Source: Gammaproteobacteria bacterium
GTDB taxonomy: Bacteria; Pseudomonadota; Gammaproteobacteria; Natronospirales; REEB76
Length of the DNA: 64,000 bases
Assembly: GCA_036500225.1 (NCBI GenBank)
Contig: DASYCJ010000055.1
Coordinates: 8,143-72,142, forward strand
Direction: 5' to 3'
Numbering within the stretch: position 1 is the first letter of the stretch; every line of letters starts with the position of its first letter. The notes below the pieces were generated by a model that did no database searches, had not been told where the DNA came from, and saw nothing but the letters and a program-made list of their open reading frames with translations. Below, one piece after another: positions 46,000-55,064 of this stretch. Made by a program: the position numbers and the translations under genes.

Positions 46000-47403
46000 T
46001 CAGGGTTTACCGGTCCCCGACTGGTCCGGGGTGAAGGCGCCGGCCGCCCCCGGGAACACCACCGGGCTCTCGAAACCATCCTGCGAGACGGCGGCTACGC
46101 CGAAGAACCAGTCATCGATGCTCACATCCTTCAGCAGGTAATGCTGCACCGGTCCGACGTAGTGGCCGGCGTTCCAGCGCGGGTCGATGGTGGCCCGCCA
46201 GTGCAAACGGTAGCCGGCCGCACCAGCCGAGGGCTTCCAGTCGAACACCGTGTCGGTGCCGCCGGACAGGCCAGGAGCAGGATCGGAAGCGATGCTGACG
46301 CCCGAGGGCGGTGCCGGCGCCCAGGCCATGCCGGCCAGGGCGATGGCATTGGTCGCCGCCACCTTGGCGAGGTAGGGGAAGTCCACTCCGGAGAGCACAT
46401 CACCGTAATGTATGCCACCCTCGACCCTCACGTCCTGGTGCTGGTGCGTGAAGTCTTCGTGGGACTCGGTGAAGCGTACCGCCGGATAGCCCAGCTCATT
46501 GAAAGCCACTTGGTCCCCGCCACGTCCATAACGGTCGGTGCGATACACCATCATCACGTGCCAGTTAGGGATGTAACGCTCCGCCTGCAAGGCATAGCGC
46601 GCCACGTTTCGCGAAGGTGAGTCCACTTCGCCGCCGTGATAACGCCGTTCGTTGGCTTCCTTGGGCGTCTCCAGGGCGCGCGTGCCCTCCGAGAAGACCC
46701 GCACAGTGGTGTTGTCGGTGACGCCGTTCTGGCCATGGCTGTTGCCGACGATGTCGTTGTTGAGATCTGCCTCCACCTGCCACTGGTGGTTATGGGCGTA
46801 CTGGGCGATGACCTTACCACCGTACAGGCCCTGCTCCTCACCGCTGTCCACCGAGTAGACGATGCTGGCGGCGAACTTATACTTGCTGAGCACCCGCGCG
46901 GTCTCCAGCACCGCCGCCACACCGGAACCGTCATCGTCGGCACCGGGCGCATCGGATTTGGCATCCATCACGTCGCGCACCCGCGAGTCCAGGTGCCCGG
47001 TCATCACCAGGTAACGGTCGGGATCAGTGGCGCCCCTCTGGATGGCCACGATGTCCATGACATCGACCCCGTCTTTGGGCGTGCGCTCGCCGGTGAAGAC
47101 CTGCGAAGGTGTGATGACCTCGAGACAGCCGCCGCAGTCCTTTGATATCTGCTTGAAGCGGGACTGCACCCAGCGTCGTGCCGCGCCGATGCCACGCTTG
47201 TCCGATTTGGTATCGGAGAGAGTGCTGCGGGTGCCGAAGCCCACCAGGGTGCTGAGGGTGGACTGGAGCTGGGCCGGGTCCATGGCCTCTGCGATCTCAC
47301 CGAACACCGGATGCTCGTCCGGGGGCGGCGGCGCCATGTCGCCGGCGAAAGCCACGGCGGTGAGGAGGCTTGAGAGCAGTACAGGCAGGACGCGCAAGCG
47401 CAT
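46000..47403 (-). CDS. secreted M28-family metallopeptidase with a C-terminal FN3-like domain
   Basis: I moved the start to the ATG at 47403 (MRLRVLPVLLSSLLTAVAFA signal peptide). Motifs: TGHLDSRV, GADDDGSGVAAVLETA, SGEEQGLYGG. Confidence 0.85.
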   Translation of the reverse strand: MRLRVLPVLLSSLLTAVAFAGDMAPPPPDEHPVFGEIAEAMDPAQLQSTLSTLVGFGTRSTLSDTKSDKRGIGAARRWVQSRFKQISKDCGGCLEVITPSQVFTGERTPKDGVDVMDIVAIQRGATDPDRYLVMTGHLDSRVRDVMDAKSDAPGADDDGSGVAAVLETARVLSKYKFAASIVYSVDSGEEQGLYGGKVIAQYAHNHQWQVEADLNNDIVGNSHGQNGVTDNTTVRVFSEGTRALETPKEANERRYHGGEVDSPSRNVARYALQAERYIPNWHVMMVYRTDRYGRGGDQVAFNELGYPAVRFTESHEDFTHQHQDVRVEGGIHYGDVLSGVDFPYLAKVAATNAIALAGMAWAPAPPSGVSIASDPAPGLSGGTDTVFDWKPSAGAAGYRLHWRATIDPRWNAGHYVGPVQHYLLKDVSIDDWFFGVAAVSQDGFESPVVFPGAAGAFTPDQSGTGKP

Positions 47404-47605
47404 GGCTTCATCTCCCGAGAGCAGCCGGCGAGTGAGGGCCGGCTGGCTATTCTGCGACCGGCCGGGGCCCGGTGGAAGCCTGCGCATGTGTCGAACTGTA
47501 ACGGCACCCGGCTTAGCGTTGCGGTATAAAGTGGCGGAGCTGTACACTCGGCCGCCGCTGCCGCGCTATAGCCAGGCAAGCTGCTCTCCAACCAGGGCCT
47601 CTCCC

Positions 47606-48517
47606 ATGCGCAAACCCTCCCGGATCCTGAACCTCGTCCTCTTGCTGACTGCACTGGTCGCCCAGTCCGGTTGTGGGGGCGGAAGCAGCAGCAATACCAC
47701 CCCTGGCGAGTTCACCATCGCTGTGCTTCCCACCAGCGCCTCGGTACCGGTCGGCAGTGACCGCCAGTTCACCGCTGAAGCCCGCGATTCCACCGGCGAC
47801 GTGCTCACCGGCGTGACCTTCACCTGGCACTCCTCCGACACCCGCATCGCCATCCCCGTCGGCGGCGGCAGCTTCCGCGGCATCGCGGTGGGCGTGGCCA
47901 ACATCACCGCCAGCGCCAGCATCGTGATCAAGGCCGGCCAGGGCATCACCAACATCGTCAGTCCCGCCGTGCCTCTCTCGGTGATCAGCGGCGTTGAAGG
48001 CACCGCCGCCCGGGGCGCGCCCCTGGCTGACGCGAGCGTGAGCCTGCGAGATGCCGAAGGCCAATATGCTGCAACCAGCGCCGATGCGAATGGACATTTC
48101 CAGATCGAGACGGCCGGCATGACCGGTCCCTTCCTGCTCAAGGCCACGACACCGGACGGCCGCGTGCTCTACGGAATGGCCGCGGACGTGGGCACTGCCA
48201 ACGTAGACCCCTACACCGACGTGTTGGTGCGTAACTGGTACGCCGCTCACGGCGCCGATCCGGACCAAGCCTTCGCCGGCCAGGCAGCCCTGCCCCAGAT
48301 CCATGACCTGCAGGTATCGGACCAGAGCCTGGTGAAACAGTTGGGCCCAGAACTCACGGCCCATGGTCTGGACGCGGCCCACTTCAGCCTGCTCAACACG
48401 CCTTTCACCGCGGATCATTCGGGCTTCGACGCGGTCGTGGACCAGAGCCGGATTAACCCCGCTTCCCGTAGCATCCAGGTGGAGGGCAAGAGCCTCCAGC
48501 TGGCGGCGAGCCCCTGA
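47606..48517 (+). CDS. lipoprotein with a Big_2 Ig-like domain and a carboxypeptidase-regulatory-like domain
   Basis: I moved the start to the ATG at 47606 (MRKPSRILNLVLLLTALVAQSGC lipobox). Big_2-like: VPVGSDRQFTAEARDSTGDVLTGVTFTWHSSD. CarboxypepD_reg-like: GAPLADASVSLRDAEGQYAATSADANGHFQIE. Confidence 0.7.
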   Translation: MRKPSRILNLVLLLTALVAQSGCGGGSSSNTTPGEFTIAVLPTSASVPVGSDRQFTAEARDSTGDVLTGVTFTWHSSDTRIAIPVGGGSFRGIAVGVANITASASIVIKAGQGITNIVSPAVPLSVISGVEGTAARGAPLADASVSLRDAEGQYAATSADANGHFQIETAGMTGPFLLKATTPDGRVLYGMAADVGTANVDPYTDVLVRNWYAAHGADPDQAFAGQAALPQIHDLQVSDQSLVKQLGPELTAHGLDAAHFSLLNTPFTADHSGFDAVVDQSRINPASRSIQVEGKSLQLAASP

Positions 48518-48711
48518 TACCTCCTTAGGGTCGGCCATCCGGCTGGCCCCTATTTAGCGCCGGTCTCTAAACCCTGGCTATGCTCAACCCGTCCAATCAG
48601 GTAACCGGATCCTAAGTTTTGGGGCGCCGGGGGCCTTGAAATTCCTTAGGCCTGTGTTATAGTCAGATAATACACCAGTACGCCTAGGGCGTATCGAATC
48701 AGGAGCCGCCT

Positions 48712-49935
48712 ATGTCCACCCGCACCATCAGCCTCTTCTGCCTCGCCGCCCTGGCAGGCTTGGCCGCCGGACCGGCCTTCGCCACTCAGAGTGCCGAGAA
48801 GGCCGACACCTACAAGAACCCCGCCATCAAGGCCGGGGGCAGCTTGGACCTCACCAACATGCTGGGTCACGTGGACGTGGTCGCCGCCACAGATGGGGTG
48901 CTGGCGGTCGACAGCAAGATCGAAGCAGCCGCGGGCAGCGATGCCGATGCCCAGGCCCTGCTCGGCAAGGTGAAGATCGAGACCAATGTAAGCGGTAACA
49001 AGGTGACCATCGACACCAAGTACCCGCTCGACCAGTACGACGAGTACTTCTACAACGACAAGCGCCATCAGGCCTTCATCGGCATCGGCACCAACAACAC
49101 CACCACCACCTACGACGGCGAACGGGTGCGCATCAACAGCGGCACTTTCGGTTCCGGCGTGAACCTACACGTGGACTACGTGGTGCACGTGCCGAAGGGC
49201 GTGCGTGTGGTGGTGGACAACAAGGTCGGCATGATCGAGGCTGCAGGCGTGGACGCTCCCCTGACCCTGGAGAGCGCCTCCGGCGACATCAAGTCCAGCA
49301 AGGGTGGCGACAGCCTGGTGGCCGATACCGGCAGCGGCGACGTGACGGTCGAGGACCAGACCGGCTCGGTGCAGATGGATAGCGGTTCCGGAGATCTCGA
49401 GGTGAGCAACCAGAAGGGTGGCGACGTCAAGATCAAGACCGGCTCCGGCGACGTGAAGCTCGAAGAGGTAGCCAGCGCTGTGACCGGCAGCACCGGTTCC
49501 GGCGACGTGGAACTGCGTAAGTTCACCGGCAGCGGCGCCGATCTCGATACCGGTTCCGGCGACATCACCCTGCAAGACGTTAGCGGTTCCCTGAACCTGC
49601 GCGCCGGCTCGGGTGACATCCGCGGCAGCGGCCTCAAGTCCACCACCGTCATCGAGAGCCACTCCGGCAGCGGCGACGTGACCTTAAGCGGCGATCTGGG
49701 TGACCTGGTGCGCCTCACTGCCGATACTGGCAGTGGCGACATCATGATCACGACCAGCCGCGTGCCCTCCTTGCACATCGAAGCCAGCTCGGAGTCGGGC
49801 GACCTCACCGTGGACCTTCCGGGCATGCAGAACGTCTCCAGCCGCCACCATGAGTTCCGCGGCGACGTGAACGGCGGCAAGGGCTCAGCGCAGTTGGACG
49901 CGGGCTCCGGCGACGTGAGCTTCACCAAGAGCTGA
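48712..49935 (+). CDS. secreted DUF4097-like beta-helix repeat protein ('putative adhesin')
   Basis: Signal peptide. At least nine exact GSGD repeats at a period of about 17-20 aa (TGSGDVTVEDQ, SGSGDLEVSNQ, TGSGDVKLEEV ...). AGGAG lies upstream. Confidence 0.8.
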   Translation: MSTRTISLFCLAALAGLAAGPAFATQSAEKADTYKNPAIKAGGSLDLTNMLGHVDVVAATDGVLAVDSKIEAAAGSDADAQALLGKVKIETNVSGNKVTIDTKYPLDQYDEYFYNDKRHQAFIGIGTNNTTTTYDGERVRINSGTFGSGVNLHVDYVVHVPKGVRVVVDNKVGMIEAAGVDAPLTLESASGDIKSSKGGDSLVADTGSGDVTVEDQTGSVQMDSGSGDLEVSNQKGGDVKIKTGSGDVKLEEVASAVTGSTGSGDVELRKFTGSGADLDTGSGDITLQDVSGSLNLRAGSGDIRGSGLKSTTVIESHSGSGDVTLSGDLGDLVRLTADTGSGDIMITTSRVPSLHIEASSESGDLTVDLPGMQNVSSRHHEFRGDVNGGKGSAQLDAGSGDVSFTKS

Positions 49936-49959
49936 CGCACCCACCAGTGCAGGTCAGTC

Positions 49960-49991
49960 ACGGGCCCGCTGAATGCGGGCCCGTCTTTTTT
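49960..49991 (+). terminator. rho-independent terminator after the DUF4097-like gene
   Basis: ACGGGCCCGC-TGAAT-GCGGGCCCGT followed by CTTTTTTGT. Confidence 0.9.
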
Positions 49992-50040
49992 GTGATGACG
50001 GAATCTTGACGCTGTAAGGCGCCCGGTCCAGATTGGACCC

Positions 50041-50730
50041 ATGGCGCCGCTCCCCCCATATATAAGTATCGCCGAGGCCCGCGCCCGCCAGGAGAAGATG
50101 CGCGGACAGGTCGTGCGCAGTGGCGCACCGGAAGACGTGCGTTATGTGGCCGGCGTAGACTGCGGTTTTCCTGGCATACATGAAGGCAAGGTGACTCGCG
50201 CCGCCGTGGCAGTACTCGCCTGGCCCAGCCTCGAACTCCATGAAAGATCCGTCATCGAACGGCCCACGGACTTCCCCTATATCCCGGGCTACTTGTCTTT
50301 CCGGGAAGCACCGGCGGTATTGGAGGTGCTCGGCCGCCTCAAGACCCAGCCGGACCTGCTCATCGTGGACGGCCAAGGTTACGCCCACCCACGCGGTTTT
50401 GGCATCGCCTGCCACATCGGCGTGGAGACCGGCATCCCCAGCATCGGCGCCGGCAAGTCCCTGTTGGTGGGTGAATACACCATGCCGGCCGAGAAAGCCG
50501 GTTCCCGGCAGCCGCTTCGTTACAAGGGCGAGACCGTGGGCACGGTACTGCGTACCCGCGATGGCGTGGCGCCGCTGTTCGTCTCCGTCGGCCACAAGAT
50601 GGGGCTCGATGCCGCCGTGGACTGGGTACTGGCCTGCACGCGGGGCTATCGCCTGCCGGAGACCACCCGCTGGGCGGATGGCCTGGCGGGAGATCCGGAG
50701 TTCCAGCTCAAGTCCCGTCGCAAGCGGTAA
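50041..50730 (+). CDS. nfi: endonuclease V
   Basis: VAGVDCGF...YIPGYLSFREAP...LLIVDGQGYAHPRGFGIACHIGV... is collinear with E. coli Nfi. Confidence 0.92.
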   Translation: MAPLPPYISIAEARARQEKMRGQVVRSGAPEDVRYVAGVDCGFPGIHEGKVTRAAVAVLAWPSLELHERSVIERPTDFPYIPGYLSFREAPAVLEVLGRLKTQPDLLIVDGQGYAHPRGFGIACHIGVETGIPSIGAGKSLLVGEYTMPAEKAGSRQPLRYKGETVGTVLRTRDGVAPLFVSVGHKMGLDAAVDWVLACTRGYRLPETTRWADGLAGDPEFQLKSRRKR

Positions 50731-50763
50731 GATGCCTGCAGGGGTTCCATAAGAAGTAGGCAG

Positions 50764-52650
50764 ATGGGGTCAGACCGTATCCGATTCGTACTGGATTTCG
50801 ACAGCACCCTGGTGCGGGTCGAGACCCTGGAAGTCATGGCCGACCTGGTGCCGGAAGCGGCCAAGATGCGCGCCAAGGTGCGCGAGCTCACCGATGCCGC
50901 CATGGGCGGGCGCATGCACTTCCAGGATGCCCTGCGCGAACGCCTGAAACTCATCCGCATGCACCGCGACCTCTTGCCGCAGTTGGGCGCCCAGCTGCGC
51001 GAGGAAGTGACTCCCTCCTTCAAACGCAACCGCGCCTTCCTCGCCGCTCACGCTGAGGACATCTACGTGGTGAGCAGCGGTTTCCGTGAGGTGATCCTGT
51101 CGGTTGCCAAGAGCCTGGGGCTCAAACCCGAGCAGGTGTTCGCCAATACCCTGCGCTTCGACGTAGACGGGTATATAGAGGGCTGTGACTGGCAGAACCC
51201 CCTGGCCGCGGACGGCGGCAAGGTGAAAGTGGTGCGGGACCTCAAGCTGGATGGCGAAGTGGTGATGGTGGGTGACGGCTGGAGCGACTACGAGGTCTTC
51301 GCCGCCGGTGCCGCCAAACGCTTCTATGCCTTCACCGAGAACGTGCAACGCCCCGAGGTGATCCAATCGCGGGACGCACGCCCGGCCCCCTCCTTCGACG
51401 AAGTGCTGTACGACTGCGGCTTCAAGGGCGCCGTGTCATATCCCAAGAACCGGCTCAAGGTCCTGCTGCTGGAGAACATCCATCCGGAAGCGGTGGCCGC
51501 TTTCGAGCGCGAAGGCTATATGGTGGAATCCCTGCGCAGCAGTCCGCCGGCCCAGGAACTGGCTGAGCGGCTGCAGGACGTGTCCATACTCGGTATCCGC
51601 TCCAAGACCCAGCTGGACGAGAACATCCTCATCAACGCGCGCCGCCTGCTGGCCGTGGGCGCCTTCTGCATCGGCACCAACCAGATCGACCTAGCCGCCT
51701 GCGACCGTCGCGGTGTAGCCGCGTTCAACGCGCCGTTCAGCAACACCCGCTCGGTGGTGGAGCTGGCCCTGGCCGAGATGATCATGCTCATGCGCGGCAT
51801 CCCCGCCAAGATGCGGCTCATGGACCACGGCAACTGGGATAAGTCTGCCGCGGGCTCCCATGAGGTGCGTGGCAAGCGCCTCGGCATCGTCGGCTACGGC
51901 AACATCGGCGTGCAGCTCTCGGTGCTGGCCGAATCAATGGGCATGCAGGTGTGCTTCTACGACGTGGCAGAGAAGCTGGCTCTCGGCACCGCCCAGCGCT
52001 GTGCCAGCCTCGATGAGCTGCTGCAGAACAGCGACGCGGTGACGGTACACGTGGATGGCCGCAAGGAGAACACCAACCTCATCGGCGCCCGCGAGTTCAA
52101 CCTGATGAAGGAAGGCGCGGTATTCCTGAACCTGTCCCGCGGCCACGTGGTGGACCTGCATTCCCTGCGCAGCCATCTCAAGTCCGGCCACCTGGCGGGC
52201 GCGGCGGTGGACGTATTCCCGGAGGAACCCCATGGCAACGGCGAGCGTTTCGAGCATCCGCTGCGCGACGCGCCGGAGGCTATCCTCACGCCCCACGTAG
52301 GCGGCAGCACCTTGGAAGCACAGCAGGACATCGGCCGCTTCGTCAGCCACCGCATCGTGGACTACATCAACACCGGCAGTACCGAGAACAGCGTGAATTT
52401 CCCCGCCATCCGCCTGCCGCCCCAGGCCCAGGCGCACCGTCTCATCCACCTGCATGAGAACGTGCCCGGCATCCTGGCGCGCATCAACCAGGCGCTGGCG
52501 ACCCACGGCGCGAACATCACCGGCCAGTACCTGAAGACCCAGGAACGCCTGGGTTACGTGATCACGGACATCGAAGGCAACTATTCCGACGCGCTGCTGG
52601 ATGACATACGTCGCATCCCCAATACGCTTCGGTTCCGCGTTCTCTACTAA
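50764..52650 (+). CDS. serA: fusion of a HAD-IB phosphoserine-phosphatase-like domain and D-3-phosphoglycerate dehydrogenase (with ACT domain)
   Basis: Residues 1 to ~210 carry HAD motifs (FVLDFDST, VVSSG, GDGWSD). The remaining ~410 aa are collinear with E. coli SerA (CIGTNQIDL, FNAPFSNTRSVVELA, LGIVGYGNIG, LTPHVGGST, and the ACT tail HLHENVPGILARIN). Confidence 0.88.
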   Translation: MGSDRIRFVLDFDSTLVRVETLEVMADLVPEAAKMRAKVRELTDAAMGGRMHFQDALRERLKLIRMHRDLLPQLGAQLREEVTPSFKRNRAFLAAHAEDIYVVSSGFREVILSVAKSLGLKPEQVFANTLRFDVDGYIEGCDWQNPLAADGGKVKVVRDLKLDGEVVMVGDGWSDYEVFAAGAAKRFYAFTENVQRPEVIQSRDARPAPSFDEVLYDCGFKGAVSYPKNRLKVLLLENIHPEAVAAFEREGYMVESLRSSPPAQELAERLQDVSILGIRSKTQLDENILINARRLLAVGAFCIGTNQIDLAACDRRGVAAFNAPFSNTRSVVELALAEMIMLMRGIPAKMRLMDHGNWDKSAAGSHEVRGKRLGIVGYGNIGVQLSVLAESMGMQVCFYDVAEKLALGTAQRCASLDELLQNSDAVTVHVDGRKENTNLIGAREFNLMKEGAVFLNLSRGHVVDLHSLRSHLKSGHLAGAAVDVFPEEPHGNGERFEHPLRDAPEAILTPHVGGSTLEAQQDIGRFVSHRIVDYINTGSTENSVNFPAIRLPPQAQAHRLIHLHENVPGILARINQALATHGANITGQYLKTQERLGYVITDIEGNYSDALLDDIRRIPNTLRFRVLY

Positions 52651-52842
52651 AAGCTTAATAGTTGCGCACTCGCCACCCTGCTTTTTGCGGGGTCTTTGGG
52701 CGACTTCGCCGCGACACGCGTTCGGTAGCGACGGGCCCTAGATGCTGTACTGATGCATGCCCGGGAGTATGCTGGGAGTCGCAGGAGGCATCGGCTCTAC
52801 AGGGGGAATCATGGATCTGCTGCGTCGCGCGTCGCCCCGTTG

Positions 52843-53880
52843 ATGGAAGAGAACACCGGCTCCGTCACCTGTTTCCTGCTGCGCGATGCGCCGCTGGATA
52901 ACCGTAACACCTTCCGGGTACCGGCCCGCGCCGCCCGCTACAGCGAGCTGCGGGAAGCCGCCGGCCTGCCCGAACTCCTGCAACGCCGCGAGCTCAAGAC
53001 CATGCCCCTGCTGGTGCTCGGCGCCGGCAGCAACCTGCTCTTCACCAAGGACTTCGACGGCCTGGTATTGCGCATAGCCAACCGCGGCGTACAGATGCTG
53101 GAAGGCGGCGAGACCGCACGGGTGAGGGTCGCCGCCGGCGAGAACTGGCACGGTTTCGTATATTGGACTCTGGAGCATGGTCTCGCGGGCTTAGAGAACC
53201 TGGCGCTGATCCCCGGCACCGTGGGCGCGGCACCCATCCAGAACATCGGCGCCTACGGTGCCGAAGTCGGCGAGTTCGTGACCATGGTGGAGGCTTTCGA
53301 TCGGCAGCGGGACGAGTTCGTACAGCTTGATAACGCCGCCTGCGCCTTCGCTTACCGCGACTCAGTGTTCAAACGTGAGCCGGCGCGCTTCATCGTTACC
53401 GCCGTGGACTTCGCCCTGCCGCGCCGCCATCAGCTCAAGCTCGATTACGCCGGTGTGCGGGAAGAACTCGCGGCCATGGGCGTGAAGCAGCCGCAGCCTC
53501 TGGACGTGGCTCAGGCTGTCGAAGCTCTGCGCCGACGCAAGTTGCCGGACCCGGCCATCACCGGCAACGCTGGCAGCTTCTTCAAGAATCCGCTGCTGGA
53601 AGCGGAGCGCGCCAAGGCGCTTTTGGCCGCCCATCCCAAACTCCCGAACTGGCCCACGGCCAACGACCGGGTGAAGGTCTCTGCTGCGTGGCTCATCGAG
53701 ACCTGCGGCTTCAAGGGCGTGCGCGATGGCGATGCGGCGGTCTCCGACAAACACTCATTGGTGCTCATCAACTGCGGCCATGCCACCGGCGCACAGATAT
53801 GGGGCCTGGCCACCCGCATCCGTGACGCGGTCAACAGCCGCTTCGGCATCGCCCTCGAACCCGAACCGATCATCCTGTGA
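52843..53880 (+). CDS. murB: UDP-N-acetylenolpyruvoylglucosamine reductase
   Basis: I moved the start to the ATG at 52843. Motifs: NTFRVPARA...LLVLGAGSNLLF, ENLALIPGTVGAAPIQNIGAYG, GSFFKNP. The exact start is uncertain. Confidence 0.9.
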   Translation: MEENTGSVTCFLLRDAPLDNRNTFRVPARAARYSELREAAGLPELLQRRELKTMPLLVLGAGSNLLFTKDFDGLVLRIANRGVQMLEGGETARVRVAAGENWHGFVYWTLEHGLAGLENLALIPGTVGAAPIQNIGAYGAEVGEFVTMVEAFDRQRDEFVQLDNAACAFAYRDSVFKREPARFIVTAVDFALPRRHQLKLDYAGVREELAAMGVKQPQPLDVAQAVEALRRRKLPDPAITGNAGSFFKNPLLEAERAKALLAAHPKLPNWPTANDRVKVSAAWLIETCGFKGVRDGDAAVSDKHSLVLINCGHATGAQIWGLATRIRDAVNSRFGIALEPEPIIL

Positions 53881-54425
53881 GCATCCCGACCCGTTTCGAA
53901 GTGGAGAGCCCGCGACTCTTCATCCGTCCCTGGCGTCCCGAAGATCGCCCGGTGTTCATGCAGAGGTTCGTCAACGACCCGGACATGATGCTGTACATCA
54001 ACGACAGCCGGCCCTGGGAAGAAGCCAAGGTGGATGCGTACTTCGATCGTCAGCGCAAGTTCCTCGGGGCCTGCGGCTGCTGCGTGGGAGCCGTGGTGCT
54101 GAAGGAAGGCCAGATGGTGGTCGGCGGTGCCGGCATCCAGCCTCAGGACCTGTCCGGCGATTTCGAGTTCGCTTGGTCCATCTGGAAAGAGCATTGGGGT
54201 CGGGGCCTGGCCACGGAGGCCGCGGCCGCACTCAAGGACTACGCATTCCGTGCTATGCGTCTGCAACGCATCGTGGCCATCGCCGATGTGCCTAACCTCG
54301 CCTCCATCCGCATCATGCAGAAAATCGGCATGCGCCATGACGGCGTGATGAACGCCCATGACCTGGCGGAGCGGTACCCCGATGTGCAAGTGGTGCGTTA
54401 CATACTGGACAACCCCCTGGTCTGA
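53877..54425 (+). CDS. GNAT N-acetyltransferase (RimJ/RimL-like)
   Basis: The GTG start overlaps the murB stop (GTGA). Motifs: LFIRPWRPEDRPVF ... WKEHWGRGLATEAAAAL. Confidence 0.8.
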   Translation: MSIPTRFEVESPRLFIRPWRPEDRPVFMQRFVNDPDMMLYINDSRPWEEAKVDAYFDRQRKFLGACGCCVGAVVLKEGQMVVGGAGIQPQDLSGDFEFAWSIWKEHWGRGLATEAAAALKDYAFRAMRLQRIVAIADVPNLASIRIMQKIGMRHDGVMNAHDLAERYPDVQVVRYILDNPLV

Positions 54426-54434
54426 AGCGAATCT

Positions 54435-54980
54435 ATGCCTCTGCATACCGCGCCGTTCCGGCTCGACACCTCCCGGCTCCTGATCCGCCCCTGGCAAGCC
54501 GAGGACCGGGTGGCCTTCAGCCGCTTCGTCGGCGATACGGAGATGATGCGCTACATCAGCCCGGGCACCCTCTGGGACGATGCGCGCATAAATGCCACCC
54601 TGGATCGCCAGGCACGTCAAGTGGCAGAACACGACTGCTGCTTCGCGGCGGCGACGCTGAAGGAGACCGGTGCGGTGATTGGCGTCGGCGGCATCCAGCC
54701 CCTGGGCGAGACCGGTGAATACGAGATTGGCTGGTGGATATGGAAGGAATACTGGAATCGCGGCCTCGCCAGCGAGATCGCCGGAGCCGCTAAACGGCAC
54801 GCTTTCGAGAGTATGAGGCTGCCACGGGTGGTGGCCATCGTCCACCCCGATAACACAGCTTCCATCCGTGTCATGCAGAAGATCGGCATGCGATACGAAG
54901 GGCTGCGCAATGCCCGCCAACTCGCGGCACGACTCCAGGATATCGATGTGGCTTACTATAGCCTGGATAACCCAGGCTGA
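54435..54980 (+). CDS. GNAT N-acetyltransferase (RimJ/RimL-like), tandem paralog
   Basis: LLIRPWQAEDRVAF ... WKEYWNRGLASEIAGAA ... IRVMQKIGMRYEG is collinear with the preceding gene product. Confidence 0.8.
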   Translation: MPLHTAPFRLDTSRLLIRPWQAEDRVAFSRFVGDTEMMRYISPGTLWDDARINATLDRQARQVAEHDCCFAAATLKETGAVIGVGGIQPLGETGEYEIGWWIWKEYWNRGLASEIAGAAKRHAFESMRLPRVVAIVHPDNTASIRVMQKIGMRYEGLRNARQLAARLQDIDVAYYSLDNPG

Positions 54981-55064
54981 CGGACTCGGTCCATCACGGT
55001 CTGTTACACAAGGATACGGTGTGGCTTGCTAAACTCAGCCCTCTTCCCCAAGAAGTCGAACCCC

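Noticed and set aside
49300-49900. Periodic DNA repeats in the GSGD region, which could be mistaken for a tandem-repeat or CRISPR-like array.
   Set aside because: The periodicity is at the protein level, inside a continuous ORF with a signal peptide. The repeat units are not identical at the DNA level, and there are no spacer-like unique segments and no cas genes.
52651-52842. The 190-nt gap between serA and murB, including track ORF 52662..52901 (79 aa), considered as a small protein or sRNA.
   Set aside because: The ORF product is Cys/Arg-rich with no RBS and overlaps the murB start. Only a weak hairpin (ACCCTGC-TTTTT-GCGGGGT) is present, consistent with a poor serA terminator.
53511-54920. 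Long antisense ORFs. Examples: 53511..54920 (-) 469 aa, 20973..22247 (-) 424 aa, 5810..7018 (+) 402 aa, 15276..16478 (+) 400 aa, 40301..41347 (-) 348 aa, 47513..48538 (-) 341 aa, 49176..50042 (-) 288 aa.
   Set aside because: Each lies opposite a gene with clear family motifs. Their translations are Arg/Gly/Ala/His-rich and low in complexity, with no recognisable motifs. Such shadow ORFs are expected in GC-rich DNA because stop codons are rare.
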